From contig OZ037771.1 in NCBI GenBank assembly GCA_964035545.1, positions 15,657,289-15,721,288 of the forward strand: 64,000 bases of DNA, written 5' to 3'. Numbering within the stretch: the first letter of the stretch is position 1; each line of letters opens with the position of its first letter. A program made the translations under genes and the position numbers. This DNA comes from Bugula neritina (taxonomy: Eukaryota > Animalia > Bryozoa). Of this stretch, positions 1 through 15,000 are shown in pieces. The notes beneath the pieces were generated by a model. It was not told the DNA's origin. It ran no database searches and saw only the letters and a list, made by a program, of their open reading frames with translations.

Positions 1-3000
1 ACCCATATGGACCTGCTGGAACTGGCAAAACAGAGTCTGTGAAGGCGCTGGGAGGTCTGTTTGGCAGGCAGGTGCTGGTGTTCAACTGTGACGAGGGGAT
101 AGACGTGAAATCTATGGGCAGGATATTCATCGGTTTGGTTAAGTGTGGCGCCTGGGGCTGCTTTGACGAGTTCAACAGACTGGAGGAAGCCGTGCTGTCG
201 GCTGTCTCCATGCAAATTCAAGTCATACAGGACGCCATTAAGAGGAAGGCACCAACTGCAGAGCTTCTCAGCAGAACGGTAGGTGTTATCTGTAGAGCTT
301 CTCAACAGAACAGTAGGTGTTATCTGTAGAATATCACAGTACTATGCTAGGTGTTATCTGTAGAATATCACAGTACTATGCTAGGTGTTATCTGTAGAAT
401 ATCACAGTACTATGCTAGGTGTTATCTGTAGAATATCACAGTACTATGCTAGGTGTTATCTGTAGAGTATCACAGTACTATGCTAGGTGTTATCTGTAGA
501 GTATCACAGTACTATGCTAGGTGTTATCTGTAGAGTATCACAGTACTATGCTAGGTGTTATCTGTAGAGTATCACAGTACTATGCTAGGTGTTATCTGTA
601 GAGCACCACAGTACTACGCCAGGTGTTATCTGTAGAGTATATTATATTTACAGGTGGATATTGATCCCAACTCTGGTATTTTCATAACCATGAATCCAGC
701 TGGTAAGGGATACGGTGGGCGTCAGAAACTGCCCGACAACTTGAAGCAGTTGTTTAGACCGGTGGCCATGTCTAAACCAGACAATGAGTTGATCGCTGAA
801 GTCATTCTCTTCTCTGAAGGTTTCAAATCAGCTAAAGAGCTCGGCAGGAAGCTGGTAGCCATATTTAATCTAAGCAAGTACGTCTCTATTCATACTCCAA
901 ACCCCCCCCCCGTCCCCTCATCATACTCCCCCGTCTCCTCATCATACTCTCCTGTCTCCTCATCATACTCTCCTGTCTCCTCATCATACTCTCCTGTCTC
1001 CTCATCATACTCCCCTGTCTCCTCATCATACTCCCCTGTCTCCTCATCATACTCTCCTGTCTCCTCATCATACTCTCCTGTCTCCTCATCATACTCTCCT
1101 GTCTCCTCATCATACTCCCCTGTCTCCTCATCATACTCCCCTGTCTCCTCATCATACTCCCCTGTCTCCTCATCATACTCTCCTCATCATACTCTCCTCA
1201 TCATACTCTCCTGTCTCCTCATCATACTCTCCTGTCTCCTCATCATACTCTCCTGTCTCCTCATCATACTCCCCTGTCTCCTCATCATACTCCCCTGTCT
1301 CCTCATCATACTCTCCTGTCTCCTCATCATACTCTCCTGTCTCCTCATCATACTCTCCTGTCTCCTCATCATACTCTCCTGTCTCCTCATCATACTCTCC
1401 TGTCTCCTCATCATACTCCCCTGTCTCCTCATCATACTCCCCTGTCTCCTCATCATACTCCCCTGTCTCCTCATCATACTCTCCTCATCATACTCTCCTC
1501 ATCATACTCTCCTGTCTCCTCATCATACTCTCCTGTCTCCTCATCATACTCCCCTGTCTCCTCATCATACTCCCCTGTCTCCTCATCATACTCTCCTGTC
1601 TCCTCATCATACTCCCCTCATCATACTCTCCTGTCTCCTCATCATACTCTCCTGTCTCCTCATCATACTCCCCTGTCTCCTCATCATACTCCCCTGTCTC
1701 CTCATCATACTCTCCTGTCTCCTCATCATACTCCCCTCATCATACTCTCCTGTCTCCTCATCATACTCTCCTGTCTCCTCATCATACTCCCCTGTCTCCT
1801 CATCATACTCTCCTGTCTCCTCATCATACTCTCCTGTCTCCTCATCATACTCTCCTGTCTCCTCATCATACTTCCCTGTCCCCTCATCATACTCTCCTGT
1901 CTCCTCATCATACTCCCCTGTCTCCTCATCATACTCTCCTGTCTCCTCATCATACTCTCCTCATCATACTCTCCTGTCTCCTCATCATACTCTCCTGTCT
2001 CCTCATCATACTCTCCTGTCTCCTCATCATACTCTCCTGTCTCCTCATCATACTCTCCTCATCATACTCTCCTGTCTCCTCATCATACTCTCCTGTCTCC
2101 TCATCATACTCTCCTGTCTCCTCATCATACTCTCCTGTCTCCTCATCATACTCTCCTGTCTCCTCATCATACTCTCCTCATCATACTCTCCTCATCATAC
2201 TCCCCCGTCCCCTCATCATACTCTCCTGTCTCCTCATCATACTCTCCTGTCTCCTCATCATACTCTCCTGTCTCCTCATCATACTCTCCTGTCTCCTCAT
2301 CATACTCCCCTGTCTCCTCATCATACTCCCCTGTCTCCTCATCATACTCTCCTGTCTCCTCATCATACTCTCCTGTCTCCTCATCATACTCTCCTGTCTC
2401 CTCATCATACTCCCCTGTCTCCTCATCATACTCCCCTGTCTCCTCATCATACTCCCCTGTCTCCTCATCATACTCTCCTGTCTCCTCATCATACTTCCCT
2501 GTCCCCTCATCATACTCTCCTGTCTCCTCATCATACTCCCCTGTCTCCTCATCATACTCTCCTGTCTCCTCATCATACTCTCCTCATCATACTCTCCTGT
2601 CTCCTCATCATACTCTCCTGTCTCCTCATCATACTCTCCTGTCTCCTCATCATACTCTCCTGTCTCCTCATCATACTCTCCTCATCATACTCTCCTCATC
2701 ATACTCTCCTGTCTCCTCATCATACTCCCCTCATCATACTCTCCTGTCTCCTCATCATACTCTCCTGTCTCCTCATCATACTTCCCTGTCCCCTCATCAT
2801 ACTCTCCTGTCTCCTCATCATACTCTCCTGTCTCCTCATCATACTCCCCTGTCTCCTCATCATACTCGCCTGTCTCCTCATCATACTCTCCTGTCTCCTC
2901 ATCATACTCTCCTGTCTCCTCATCATACTTCCCTGTCCCCTCATCATACTCTCCTGTCTCCTCATCATACTCCCCTGTCTCCTCATCATACTCTCCTGTC

Positions 3001-6000
3001 TCCTCATCATACTCTCCTGTCTCCTCATCATACTCTCCTGTCTCCTCATCATACTCTCCTCATCATACTCTCCTGTCTCCTCATCATACTCTCCTGTCTC
3101 CTCATCATACTCTCCTGTCTCCTCATCATACTCCCCTGTCCCCCCCCCCCTGTCTTTATTCTACCAGTTAGCTCGTAGAGTCTATTCAATGCTGCTACTA
3201 TAGCTGTAGTGTTACTATTCAATACTGTTACTATAGCTGTAGTGTTACTATTCAATACTGTTACTATAGCTGTAGTGTTACCATTCAATACTGTTATTAT
3301 AGCTGTGGTGTTACCATTCAATACTATTACTATAGTTGAAGTGTTACCATTCAATGCTACTTCTAGAGAGCTGCTAACCCCTCAGCAACACTATGACTGG
3401 GGTCTCAGAGCGCTGAAAACTATCCTACGAGGTTGTGGCAACTTGTTGCAGACTGCCAGACGCAATCTTCCTGAAGGAGGTTGGTTAACATTCTTTCTCT
3501 CTTTACGTCTTTTTGTTTCTTTTTTGTTTTGTTATTTTATTCCTACAGGTAAAGTGTATTATATTATATTATATAATCATGCAAGTGAAGTGTAGTATAT
3601 TATATTATATAATCACACAGGTAAAGTATATTATATAATCATACAGGTAAAGTAGACAGTGTCCTGGAAGCAAAGCTCGTAGTACAAGCTCTCAGGATCA
3701 ATACCCTCTCCAAGCTGACCTTCACAGACGGGTCACGGTTTGATGCTCTCGTTAGGGATGTTTGCCCCGGGATAGACTTCAAGGACATCGAGTACGAGCA
3801 GCTTGCTGCTGCTTACAGAGATGTCTGCAAAGAGAAACATCTGTTGGTTAATGAGAACCAGGTGAGATTAGCCTGCTTTCTGATTGGTTAATGAGAACCA
3901 GGTGAGATTAGCCTGCTTTCTGATTGGTTAATGAGAACCAGGTGAGATTAGCCTGCTTTCTGATTGGTTAATGACAATCAAGCTCGCTGAACACGTAGCC
4001 AATCCGAAGTCTTTCTTATGATTCAGGTGAAGAAAGCCTTGGAGCTATATGAGCAGCTACGCCAGCGTATGGGGGTGGTAGTGGTGGGCCCGTCAGGTTC
4101 TGGTAAGTCTACTTTGTGGAACACCCTGAGGGTGGCTATGGAGCGCTCCGGACACACAGTGAAGTACTACACTATGAACCCTAAGGCTATGCCAAGAACT
4201 CAGCTACTTGGACAGATTGATATTGACACGAGGGAGTGGACAGACGGGGTGCTCACTAACAGTGCTAGGATGGTGGTGAAGGAGCCTCAGGGTAACTTAT
4301 CTACCTGTATATTCTATTCTGTACGCTGTGTAACTGTGTATAGTACTGTGTATAGTACTGTGTAACTGTGTATAGTACTGTGTATAGTACTGTGTAACTG
4401 TGTATATTTTATTCTGTACGCTGTGTAACTGTGTATAGTACTGTGTATAGTACTGTGTAACTGTGTATAGTACTGTGTATAGTACTGTGTATAGTACTGT
4501 ATATAGTACTGTGTAACTGTGTATAGTACTGTGTATAGTACTGTGTAACTGTGTATATTCTATTCTGTACGCTGTGTAACTGTGTATAGTACTGTATATA
4601 GTACTGTGTAACTGTATATAGTACTGTGTATAGTACTGTGTATAGTACTGTGTATAGTACTGTGTATAGTACTGTGTATAGTACTGTGTATAATACTGTA
4701 TTACTATGAATAATACGGTATTATTGTTATACTACCCTTTGACAGAGATCCAGTCATGGATTGTGTGTGATGGCGATATCGATCCTGAATGGATTGAGTC
4801 TCTAAACTCGGTGTTGGATGACAATCGTCTTCTGACGATGCCCTCTGGTGAGAGAATTCAGTTCGGTCCAAATGTTAACTTCCTGTTTGAGACGCATGAC
4901 TTGAGCTGCGCATCTCCCGCCACCATTTCCCGTATGGGGATGATATTTCTAAGGTATACAGTATACATGTATTACAGTATGTATTACAGTATGCATTACA
5001 GTATGTATTACAGTATATATTACAGTATATATTACAGTATATATTACAGTATATATTACAGTATGTATTACAGTATATATTACAGTATGTATTACAGTAT
5101 ATATTACAGTATATATTACAGTATATATTACAGTTTGTATTACAGTATATATTACAGTATATATTACAGTATATATTACAGTATATATTACAGTTTGTAT
5201 TACAGTATATATTACAGTATATATTACAGTATATATTACAGTATATATTACAGTATATATTACAGTATGTATTACAGTATATATTACAGTATATATTACA
5301 GTATGTATTACAGTATATATTACAGTATATATTACAGTATATATTACAGTATATATTACAGTATATATTACAGTTTGTATTACAGTATATATTACAGTAT
5401 ATATTACAGTATATATTACAGTATATATTACAGTATATATTACAGTTTGTATTACAGTATATATTACAGTATATATTACAGTATATATTACAGTATGTAT
5501 TACAGTATATATTACAGTATATATTACAGTATATATTACAGTATATATTACAGTATATATTACAGTATATATTACAGTATATATTACAGTATATATTACA
5601 GTATATATTACAGTATATATTACAGTTTGTATTACAGTATATATTACAGTTTGTATTACAGTATATATTACAGTATATATTACAGTATATATTACAGTTT
5701 GTATTACAGTATATATTACAGTATATATTACAGTATATATTACAGTATGTATTACAGTATATATTACAGTATGTATTACAGTATATATTACAGTATATAT
5801 TACAGTATATATTACAGTATATATTACAGTATGTATTACAGTATATATTACAGTATATATTACAGTATATATTACAGTATATATTACAGTATATATTACA
5901 GTATATATTACAGTATATATTACAGTATATATTACAGTATATATTACAGTTTGTATTACAGTATATATTACAGTTTGTATTACAGTATATATTACAGTAT

Positions 6001-9000
6001 ATATTACAGTATATATTACAGTTTGTATTACAGTATATATTACAGTATATATTACAGTATATATTACAGTATGTATTACAGTATATATTACAGTATGTAT
6101 TACAGTATATATTACAGTATATATTACAGTATATATTACAGTATATATTACAGTATACGTGTATTATAGTGATGAAGACACAGATGTCAAGGCTATAATA
6201 CAAGCCTGGCTAGACAAACTGTCTGAAGGCGAGAGAGACCGCGTGTCTGGCTGGATTGAAGATTATTTCTATAGAGGACTGGACTTTGTACTCAAACAGG
6301 TGAGACAGTGCATCACCTTCAGTATTTCTATTCTATTAGATTATTTCTATTCTATTAGAGTATTTTTATTCTATTAGAGTATTTTTATTCTATTAGAGTA
6401 TTTTTATTCTATTAGAGTATTTCTATTATATTAGAGTATTTCTATTCCATTAGAGTATTTCTATTCTATTAGAGTATTTCTATTCTATTAGAGTATTTCT
6501 ATTCTATTAGAGTATTTCTATTATATTGGAGTATTTCTATTCTATTAGAGTATTTGTATCACACAGAACGACCTCGTAGTGGACACGAGTCTAGTTGGAG
6601 TCGTGCTGAATGGCTTATCCCATCTGAGTAGTGTGACAGATAAGACTGAGTTCTGTATCAACTTGATACGGGGACTCGGAGGTAATCTCTCTCAGAAAAC
6701 CCGAGAGAACTTTGCTAAAGAGGTATGCATCTCACCTACAATCTGTAATAATGTGTTTTGATGTAATGTGTGTTCGTGTAGATCTACTCTGTCTGTCTGT
6801 CTGCCTGTCTGTCTGCCTGTCTGTGTGTGTGTGTCTACAGGTGCTCTCTGTCTGATTGCAGGTGTTTTCCTGGTTCCACGAGATGCCACCCGATGCACAG
6901 AGACCTCTCAACACCTACTACGACCCCAGATCAGGCTCTCTCTCCTCTTACGTCATGGAGGTCAATGATGATCTCTCTCTGGACAGTTTCTCTTCAGACT
7001 CTCTCCCTGTCGTCCAGACCAGCTCCATACAGATGGGTCTGGACTACTTCACCCCCTGGCTACACCCCCAGAACAAGCAGCCCTTCATACTAGTTGGACC
7101 TGATGGCTGTGGCAAGGGGTGAGTTAAATCCACTCCCTCCCTTTCTCTCTCCCAGTGTGTTACTTATATATGTATACGTATATATTATATTATATATATA
7201 TGTATACGTATATATAATATAATATATATGTATATATAATATAATATATATATTTGTAGACTGCTTCTGCGTCACTGCTTTGCACAGCTGAGGTCTGTTC
7301 AAGTTGCCACAGTTCATTGCAGTGCCCAAACCACTCCCCTTCACGTTCTGCAGAAACTAGGTCAAAGCTGCATGGTAGGTCACATGACTCCCTCACTCTA
7401 CTAGACATACTCTGAGTATCACAGCTTCGCCTTCTCACAGTCACGTCACTCACTTCCCTCTTTGTAGGTCATCAGTACGAACAAGGGCAGAGCCTACCGA
7501 CCTAAAGACGCTGAGAGACTAGTTCTCTATCTCAAAGACATCAACTTACCAAAACCTGACAAGTGGGGGACCAGCATGCTTATCGCCTTTCTCCAGCAGG
7601 TGCCTCCTCCCTCTTTACCTTGCTACCTGTGTGTGCTACCTGTGTGTGCTACCTGTGTGTGCTACCTGTGTGTGCTGCCTGTGTGTGCTACCTGTGTGTA
7701 CTACCTGTGTGTGCTACCTGTGTGTGCTACCTGCGTGTGCTACCTGTGTGTGCTACCTGTGTGTGCTACCTGTGTGTACCACCTGTGTGTGCTATCTGTG
7801 TGTGCTACCTGTGTGTGCTACCTGTGTGTGCTACCTGTGTGTGCTGCCTGTGTGTGCTACCTGTGTGTGCTACCTGTGTGTGCTACCTGTGTGTGCTGCC
7901 TGTGTGTGCTGCTTGTGTGTGCTACCTGTGTGTGCTACCTGTGTGTGCTACCTGTGTGTGTTTCCTGTGTGTGCTACCTGTGTGTGCTACCTGTGTGTGC
8001 TGCCTGTGTGTGCTGCCTGTGTGTGCTACCTGTGTGTGCTACCTGTGTGTGCTACCTGTGTGTGTTTCCTGTGTGTGCTGCCTGTGTGTGCTACCTGTGT
8101 GTGCTGCCTGTGTGTGCTACCTATGTGTGCTACCTGTGTGTGCTACCTGTGTGTGCTACCTGTGTATACTGTCAGCTGTTAGTGTATGTCATGCTGTCTT
8201 GCAGGTGCTGACCTACAACGGATTTTATGACCCAAATAACGAGTGGGTGGGTTTAGAAGGCGTGCAGATTGTAGCCTCAATGAATGCCGGTGGTTCGGTT
8301 GGTAAACATGACCTCACCTCTAGATTCACGTCTATTGTTAGAATCTGCTGCATAGAGTAAGTCTTTCACTTTGTTATGCTCTACACTCTATACTCTGTAT
8401 TATATACTCTATATCCTGTATTCTATATTCTATACTCTATATCCTGTATTCTATATCCTATATTCTATACTCTATATCCTGTATTCTATACTCTATATCC
8501 TGTATTATATACTCTATATCCTGTATTCTATACTCTATATCCTGTATTATATACTCTATATCCTGTATTCTATACTCTATATCCTGTATTCTATACTCTA
8601 TATCCTGTATTCTATACTCTATATCCTGTATTCTATACTCTATATCCTGTATTCTATACTCTATATCCTGTATTCTATACTCTATATTCTATGCTCTATA
8701 TTATATTCTGTAAGACTCTGCTGTAACATCTGTTCCAGTTATGCAGACCGTGAACAGCTGCAAGCTATATACGGGGCGTACCTGAAGCCCATCCTCCAGA
8801 AGCAGTTGAGTGGACATCCTGTGTGGGAGAGCGGGGCCAAAGTTCATGCCCTTTCCTGTTCCATGGTGCAGACGTACGAGCAGCTGAAGGAGGCTTTCTC
8901 TGTAGACGATCACAGCCACTACCTCTTCACCCCTCGTGACCTTACGCAGTGGGTGTCCAGCCTTCTCAGGTGTGTATATGATACTATACTCAGGTATATG

Positions 9001-12000
9001 ATACTATACTCAGGTATATGATACTATACTCAGGTATATGATACTATACTCAGGTATATGATACTATACTCAGGTATATAATACTATACTCAGGTATATA
9101 ATACTATACTCAGGTATATGAGACTATACTCAGGTATATGATACTATACTCAGGTATATGATACTATACTCAGGTATATGCTACTATACTCAGGTATATG
9201 ATACTATAATCAGGTATATGCTACTATACTCAGGTATATGATACTATACTCAGGTATATGATACTATACTCAGGTATATAATACTATACTCAGGTATATA
9301 ATACTATACTCAGGTAGATGATACTATACTCAGGTATATGATACTATACTCAGGTATATGATACTATACTCAGGTATATAATACTATACTCAGGTAGATG
9401 ATACTATACTCAGGTATATAATACTATACTCAGGTATATGATACTATACTCAGGTATATGATACTGTACTCAGGTATATGATACTATACTCAGGTATATG
9501 ATACTATACTCAGGTGTGTATATGATACTATACTCAGGTATATAATACTATACTCAGGTATATGATAATATACTCAGGTAGATGATACTATACTCAGGTA
9601 TATGATACCATTAGTATATAAGAAGTTACTCTCTCTCTTTAGGTATGACTTGAGTGGAGACAACTCCAGTGAACACGTTGTGTCCATCTGCTGCTATGAG
9701 GCTAAGCGACTGTTCAGAGATAGAATTGTTGGAACAGAGTCTAGAGAGAGATTCGACAGCATTCTTCAGAGTGTGTTCAGAGCTGACTGGAATTCTGCTC
9801 TCTCTGACAGCAAAGAAGGTGTGTCCTACCCCAGTGCCCTCGTGTATAGTATCCTCTTGTGTAGTATCCTCTTGTATGGTATCCTCGTGTATAGTATCCT
9901 CATGTATAGTATCCTCGTGTATAATATCCTCATGTATAGTACCCTCTTGTATAGTATCCTCTTGTATAGTGCCCTCGTGTATAGTATCCTCTTGTATAGT
10001 ATCCTCTTGTATCGTATCCTCATGTATCGTATCCTCATGTATAGTATCCTCTTGTATAGTATCCTCTTGTATAATATCCTCTTGTATAGTATCCTCATGT
10101 ATAGTATCCTCATGTATAGTATCCTCGTGTATAATATCCTCGTGTATAATATCCTCATGTATAATATCCTCATGTATAGTATCCTCCTGTATAGTATCCT
10201 CATGTATAATATCCTCATGTATAGTACCCTCTTGTATAGTATCCTCTTGTATAGTGCCCTCGTGTATAGTATCCTCATGTATAGTACCCTCTTGTATAGT
10301 ATCCTCATGTATATTATCCTCTTGTATAGTACCCTCATGTATAGTAGCCTCATGTATAATATCCTCATGTATAGTATCCTCTTGTATAGTGCCCTCGTGT
10401 ATAGTATCCTCGTGTATAGTATCCTCGTGTATAGTATCCTCATGTATAGTATCCTCGTGTATAGTATCCTCCTGTATAGTATCCTCATGTATAGTACCCT
10501 CGTGTATAGTATCCTCGTGTATATTATCCTCATGTATAGTATCCTCATGTATAGTATCCTCGTGTATAGTATCCTCCTGTATAGTATCCTCATGTATAGT
10601 GCCCTCGTGTATAGTATCCTCGTGTATATTATCCTCATGTATAGTATCCTCATGTATAGTATCCTCGTGTATAGTATCCTCCTGTATAGTATCCTCTTGT
10701 ATAGTGCCCTCGTGTATAGTATCCTCGTGTATATTATCCTCATGTATAGTATCCTCATGTATAGTATCCTCGTGTATAGTATCCTCCTGTATAGTATCCT
10801 CATGTATAATATCCTCATGTATAGTACCCTCTTGTATAGTATCCTCTTGTATAGTGCCCTCGTGTATAGTATCCTCTTGTATAGTATCCTCTTGTATCGT
10901 ATCCTCATGTATATTATCCTCTTGTATAGTATCCTCATGTATAGTATCCTCATGTATAGTATCCTCGTGTATAATATCCTCGTGTATAGTATCCTCATGT
11001 ATAGTATCCTCTTGTATAGTATCCTCTTGTATAGTATCCTCTTGTATAATATCCTCATGTATAGTATCCTCCTGTATAGTATCCTCATGTATAGTACCCT
11101 CATGTATAGTAGCCTCATGTATAATATCCTCATGTATAGTATCCTCATGTATGGTATCCTCATGTATATTATCCTCTTGTATAGTATCCTCATGTATAGT
11201 ATCCTCATGTATAGTATCCTCGTGTATAATATCCTCGTGTATAGTATCCTCATGTATAGTATCCTCTTGTATAGTATCCTCTTGTATAGTATCCTCTTGT
11301 ATAATATCCTCATGTATAGTATCCTCCTGTATAGTATCCTCATGTATAGTACCCTCATGTATAGTAGCCTCATGTATAGTATCCTCATGTATGATCTTCA
11401 GAAACCTACTTTGTGACCTGGGGAGGGCACGCCACGGACGCAGCTCCTGGTGCCCCTATGCCAGCCCATGGCAAGTGTCTCGGAAAGATAGCATCTGAAG
11501 ACTTCAAGAATATCGTGGAGAAGGGATTAGTTCAGTATGGTGAGTCTCACGTCTGTTTGTCTTGACATCACTTCCTGTGTAATGCCTGTGTAAACTGTCC
11601 ATCATTTCCTGTGTAATGCCTGTGTGAACTGTCCATCACTTCCTGTCCTATTCATCACACAGGTCGAGAGAACATGGATTTAGACATCATAGTGTTCGAG
11701 GAGGTGTTGGATCACATTGCCAGGGTAGACCGAGTTCTCACCATGCCAGGAGGGTCGTTGCTGATGGCCGGAACATCTGGCGTAGGGAGACGATCAGCCG
11801 TGACTCTCGTGTCTTACCTCCACCAGATGTCTCTCTTCACACCCAAAGTTGGCAGAGGTTACTCTGTCAAACAGTTCAAGAATGACTTGAAGAACGTACG
11901 GCTTGTTCTACTAATACTATAGCATACTTACTCTATGTACTATGATATACTTACTATATGTACTTACTATGACATACATACAGGTGATGCAGCAGTGTGG

Positions 12001-15000
12001 TATCGAGGATGAGCACGTAGTCTTAGTTCTAGAAGACCACCAGGTCGTAGACATCACTTTCCTTGAGATTATCAACTCCCTGTTGTCAGCCGGAGAGGTT
12101 CCCGGACTATACACACCGGAGGAGTTGGAGCCGCTACTCACCCCTCTCCGTGATCAGGCCTCTGAGGCTGGGTTCAGGGGGCCACTGGTCCAGTACTTTG
12201 CTAGCAGTACGTAGTCAGCAGTGTATAGTGTCAGCAGTACGTAGTGTCAGCAGTATATAGTGTCAGCAGTATATAGTGTCAGCAGTATATAGCGTCAGCA
12301 GTATATAGTGTCAGCAGTATATAGTGTCAGCAGTATATAGTGTCAGCAGTATGTAGTGTCAGCAGTATATAGTGTCAGCAGTGTGTAGTGTCAGCAGTAT
12401 ATAGTGTCAGCAGTATGTAGTGTCAGCAGTATGTAGTGTCAGCAGTATATAGCGTCAGCAGTATGTAGTGTCAGCAGTATATAGTGTCAGCAGTATATAG
12501 TGTCAGCAGTATATAGTGTCAGCAGTATATAGTGTCAGCAGTATGCAGTGTCAGCAGTATATAGCGTCAGCAGTATATAGTGTCAGCAGTATATAGTGTC
12601 AGCAGTATGCTGTGTCAGCAGTATATAGCGTCAGCAGTATATGGCGTCAGCAGTATATAGTGTCAGCAGTGTGTAGTGTCAGCAGTATATAGTGTCAGCA
12701 GTATGTAGTGTCAGCAGTATATAGTGTCAGCAGTATGTAGTGTCAGCAGTATGTAGTGTCAGCAGTATGTAGTGTCAGCAGTATATAGCGTCAGCAGTGT
12801 GTAGTGTCAGCAGTATATAGTGTCAGCAGTATGTAGTGTCAGCAGTATATAGTGTCAGCAGTATATAGTGTCAGCAGTATGTAGTGCCAGCAGTATGTAG
12901 TGTCAGCAGTATATAGCGTCAGCAGTATGTAGTGTCAGCAGTATATAGTGTCAGCAGTGTATAGTGTCAGCAGTATGTAGTGTCAGCAGTATATAGTGTC
13001 AGCAGTATATAGTGTCAGCAGTATATAGTGTCAGCAGTATGCAGTGTCAGCAGTATATAGCGTCAGCAGTATATGGTGTCAGCAGTATATAGTGTCAGCA
13101 GTATGTAGTGTCAGCAGTATGTAGTGTCAGCAGTATATAGTGTCAGCAGTGTATAGTGTCAGCAGTGTATAGTGTCAGCAGTATGTAGTGTCAGCAGTAT
13201 GTAGTGTCAGCAGTATATAGCGTCAGCAGTATATAGTGTCAGCAGTATATAGTGTTAGCAGTGTGTAGTGTCAGCAGTGTATAGTGTCAGCAGTATGCAG
13301 TGTCAGCAGTATATAGCGTCAGCAGTGTGTAGTGTCAGCAGTATGTAGTGTCAGCAGTATGTAGTGTCAGCAGTATATAGTGTCAGCAGTATGTAGTGTC
13401 AGCAGTATGTAGTGTCAGCAGTATGTAGTGTCAGCAGTATATAGTGTCAGCAGTATGTAGTGTCAGCAGTATATAGCGTCAGCAGTATATGGTGTCAGCA
13501 GTATATAGTGTCAGCAGTATGTAGTGTCAGCAGTATGTAGTGTCAGCAGTATATAGCGTCAGCAGTATATGGTGTCAGCAGTATGTAGTGTCAGCAGTAT
13601 ATAGTGTCAGCAGTATATAGTGTCAGCAGTATATAGTGTCAGCAGTATATAGTGTCAGCAGTATATAGTGTCAGCAGTATGCAGTGTCAGCAGTATATAG
13701 CGTCAGCAGTATATGGTGTCAGCAGTATATGGTGTCAGCAGTATGTAGTGTCAGCAGTATGTAGTGTCAGCAGTATATAGTGTCAGCAGTGTATAGTGTC
13801 AGCAGTGTATAGTGTCAGCAGTATGTAGTGTCAGCAGTATGTAGTGTCAGCAGTATATAGCGTCAGCAGTATATAGTGTCAGCAGTATATAGTGTCAGCA
13901 GTATATAGTGTCAGCAGTATGCAGTGTCAGCAGTATGTAGTGTCAGTAGCTCAGTTCTAGTCTCTGTTCCAGGAATAAAGAGAAACCTGCATATAGTGTT
14001 AATCATGGACTGTAATAACTCCAACTTCACCCTCAACTGTGAGAGTAACCCAGCCTTCTTTAAGAGGTGTGCTGTGCAGTGGATGGAGAGCTGGTCGAGA
14101 GTCAGTATGTACAAGGTAAGGTAACTCCTTCACACAGTATATACAAGGTAAGGTAACTCCTTCACACAGTGTATACAAGGCAAGGTAACTCCTCCACACA
14201 GTATATACAAGGTAAGGTAACTCCTTCACACAGTGTATACAAGGCAAGGTAACTCCTCCACACAGTATATACAAGGTAAGGTAACTCCTTCACACAGTAT
14301 ATACAAGGTAAGGTAACTCCTTCACACAGTATGTACAAGGTAAGGTAACTCCTTCACACAGTATATACAAGGTAAGGTAACTCCTCCACACAGTATGTAC
14401 AAGGTAAGGTAACTCCTTCACACAGTATGTACAAGGTAAGGTAACTCCTTCACATAGTATGTACAAGGTAAGGTAACTCCTTCACACAATATGTACAAGG
14501 TAAGGTAACTCCTTCACACAGTATATACAAGGTAAGGTAACTCCTTCACACAGTATGTACAAGGTAAGGTAACTCCTTCACATAGTATGTACAAGGTAAG
14601 GTAACTCCTTCACACAGTATATACAAGGTAAGGTAACTCCTTCACACAGTATGTACAAGGTAAGGTAACTCCTTCACACAGTATGTACAAGGTAAGGTAA
14701 CTCCTTCACATAGTATGTACAAGGTAAGGTAACTCCTTCACACAGTATATACAAGGTAAGGTAACTCCTTCACACAGTATATACAAGGTAAGGTAACTCC
14801 TTCACACAGTATGTACAAGGTAAGGTAACTCCTTCACACAGTATATACAAGGTAAGGTAACTCCTTCACACAGTATATACAAGGTAAGGTAACTCCTTCA
14901 CACAGTATGTACAAGGTAAGGTAACTCCTTCACACAGTATGTACAAGGTAAGGTAACTCCTTCACACAGTATGTACAAGGTAAGGTAACTCCTTCACATA

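Noticed and set aside
3141-3182. Acceptor-like TTTATTCTACCAG between two arrays, as a possible microexon
   Set aside because: Joining it gives AAT TAG (immediate stop) and there is no convincing donor.
654-3203. 849-aa ORF with SSYSPV heptads resembling the RNA polymerase II CTD
   Set aside because: A dynein exon reading through its donor into a 21-bp intronic repeat, with frequent register shifts.
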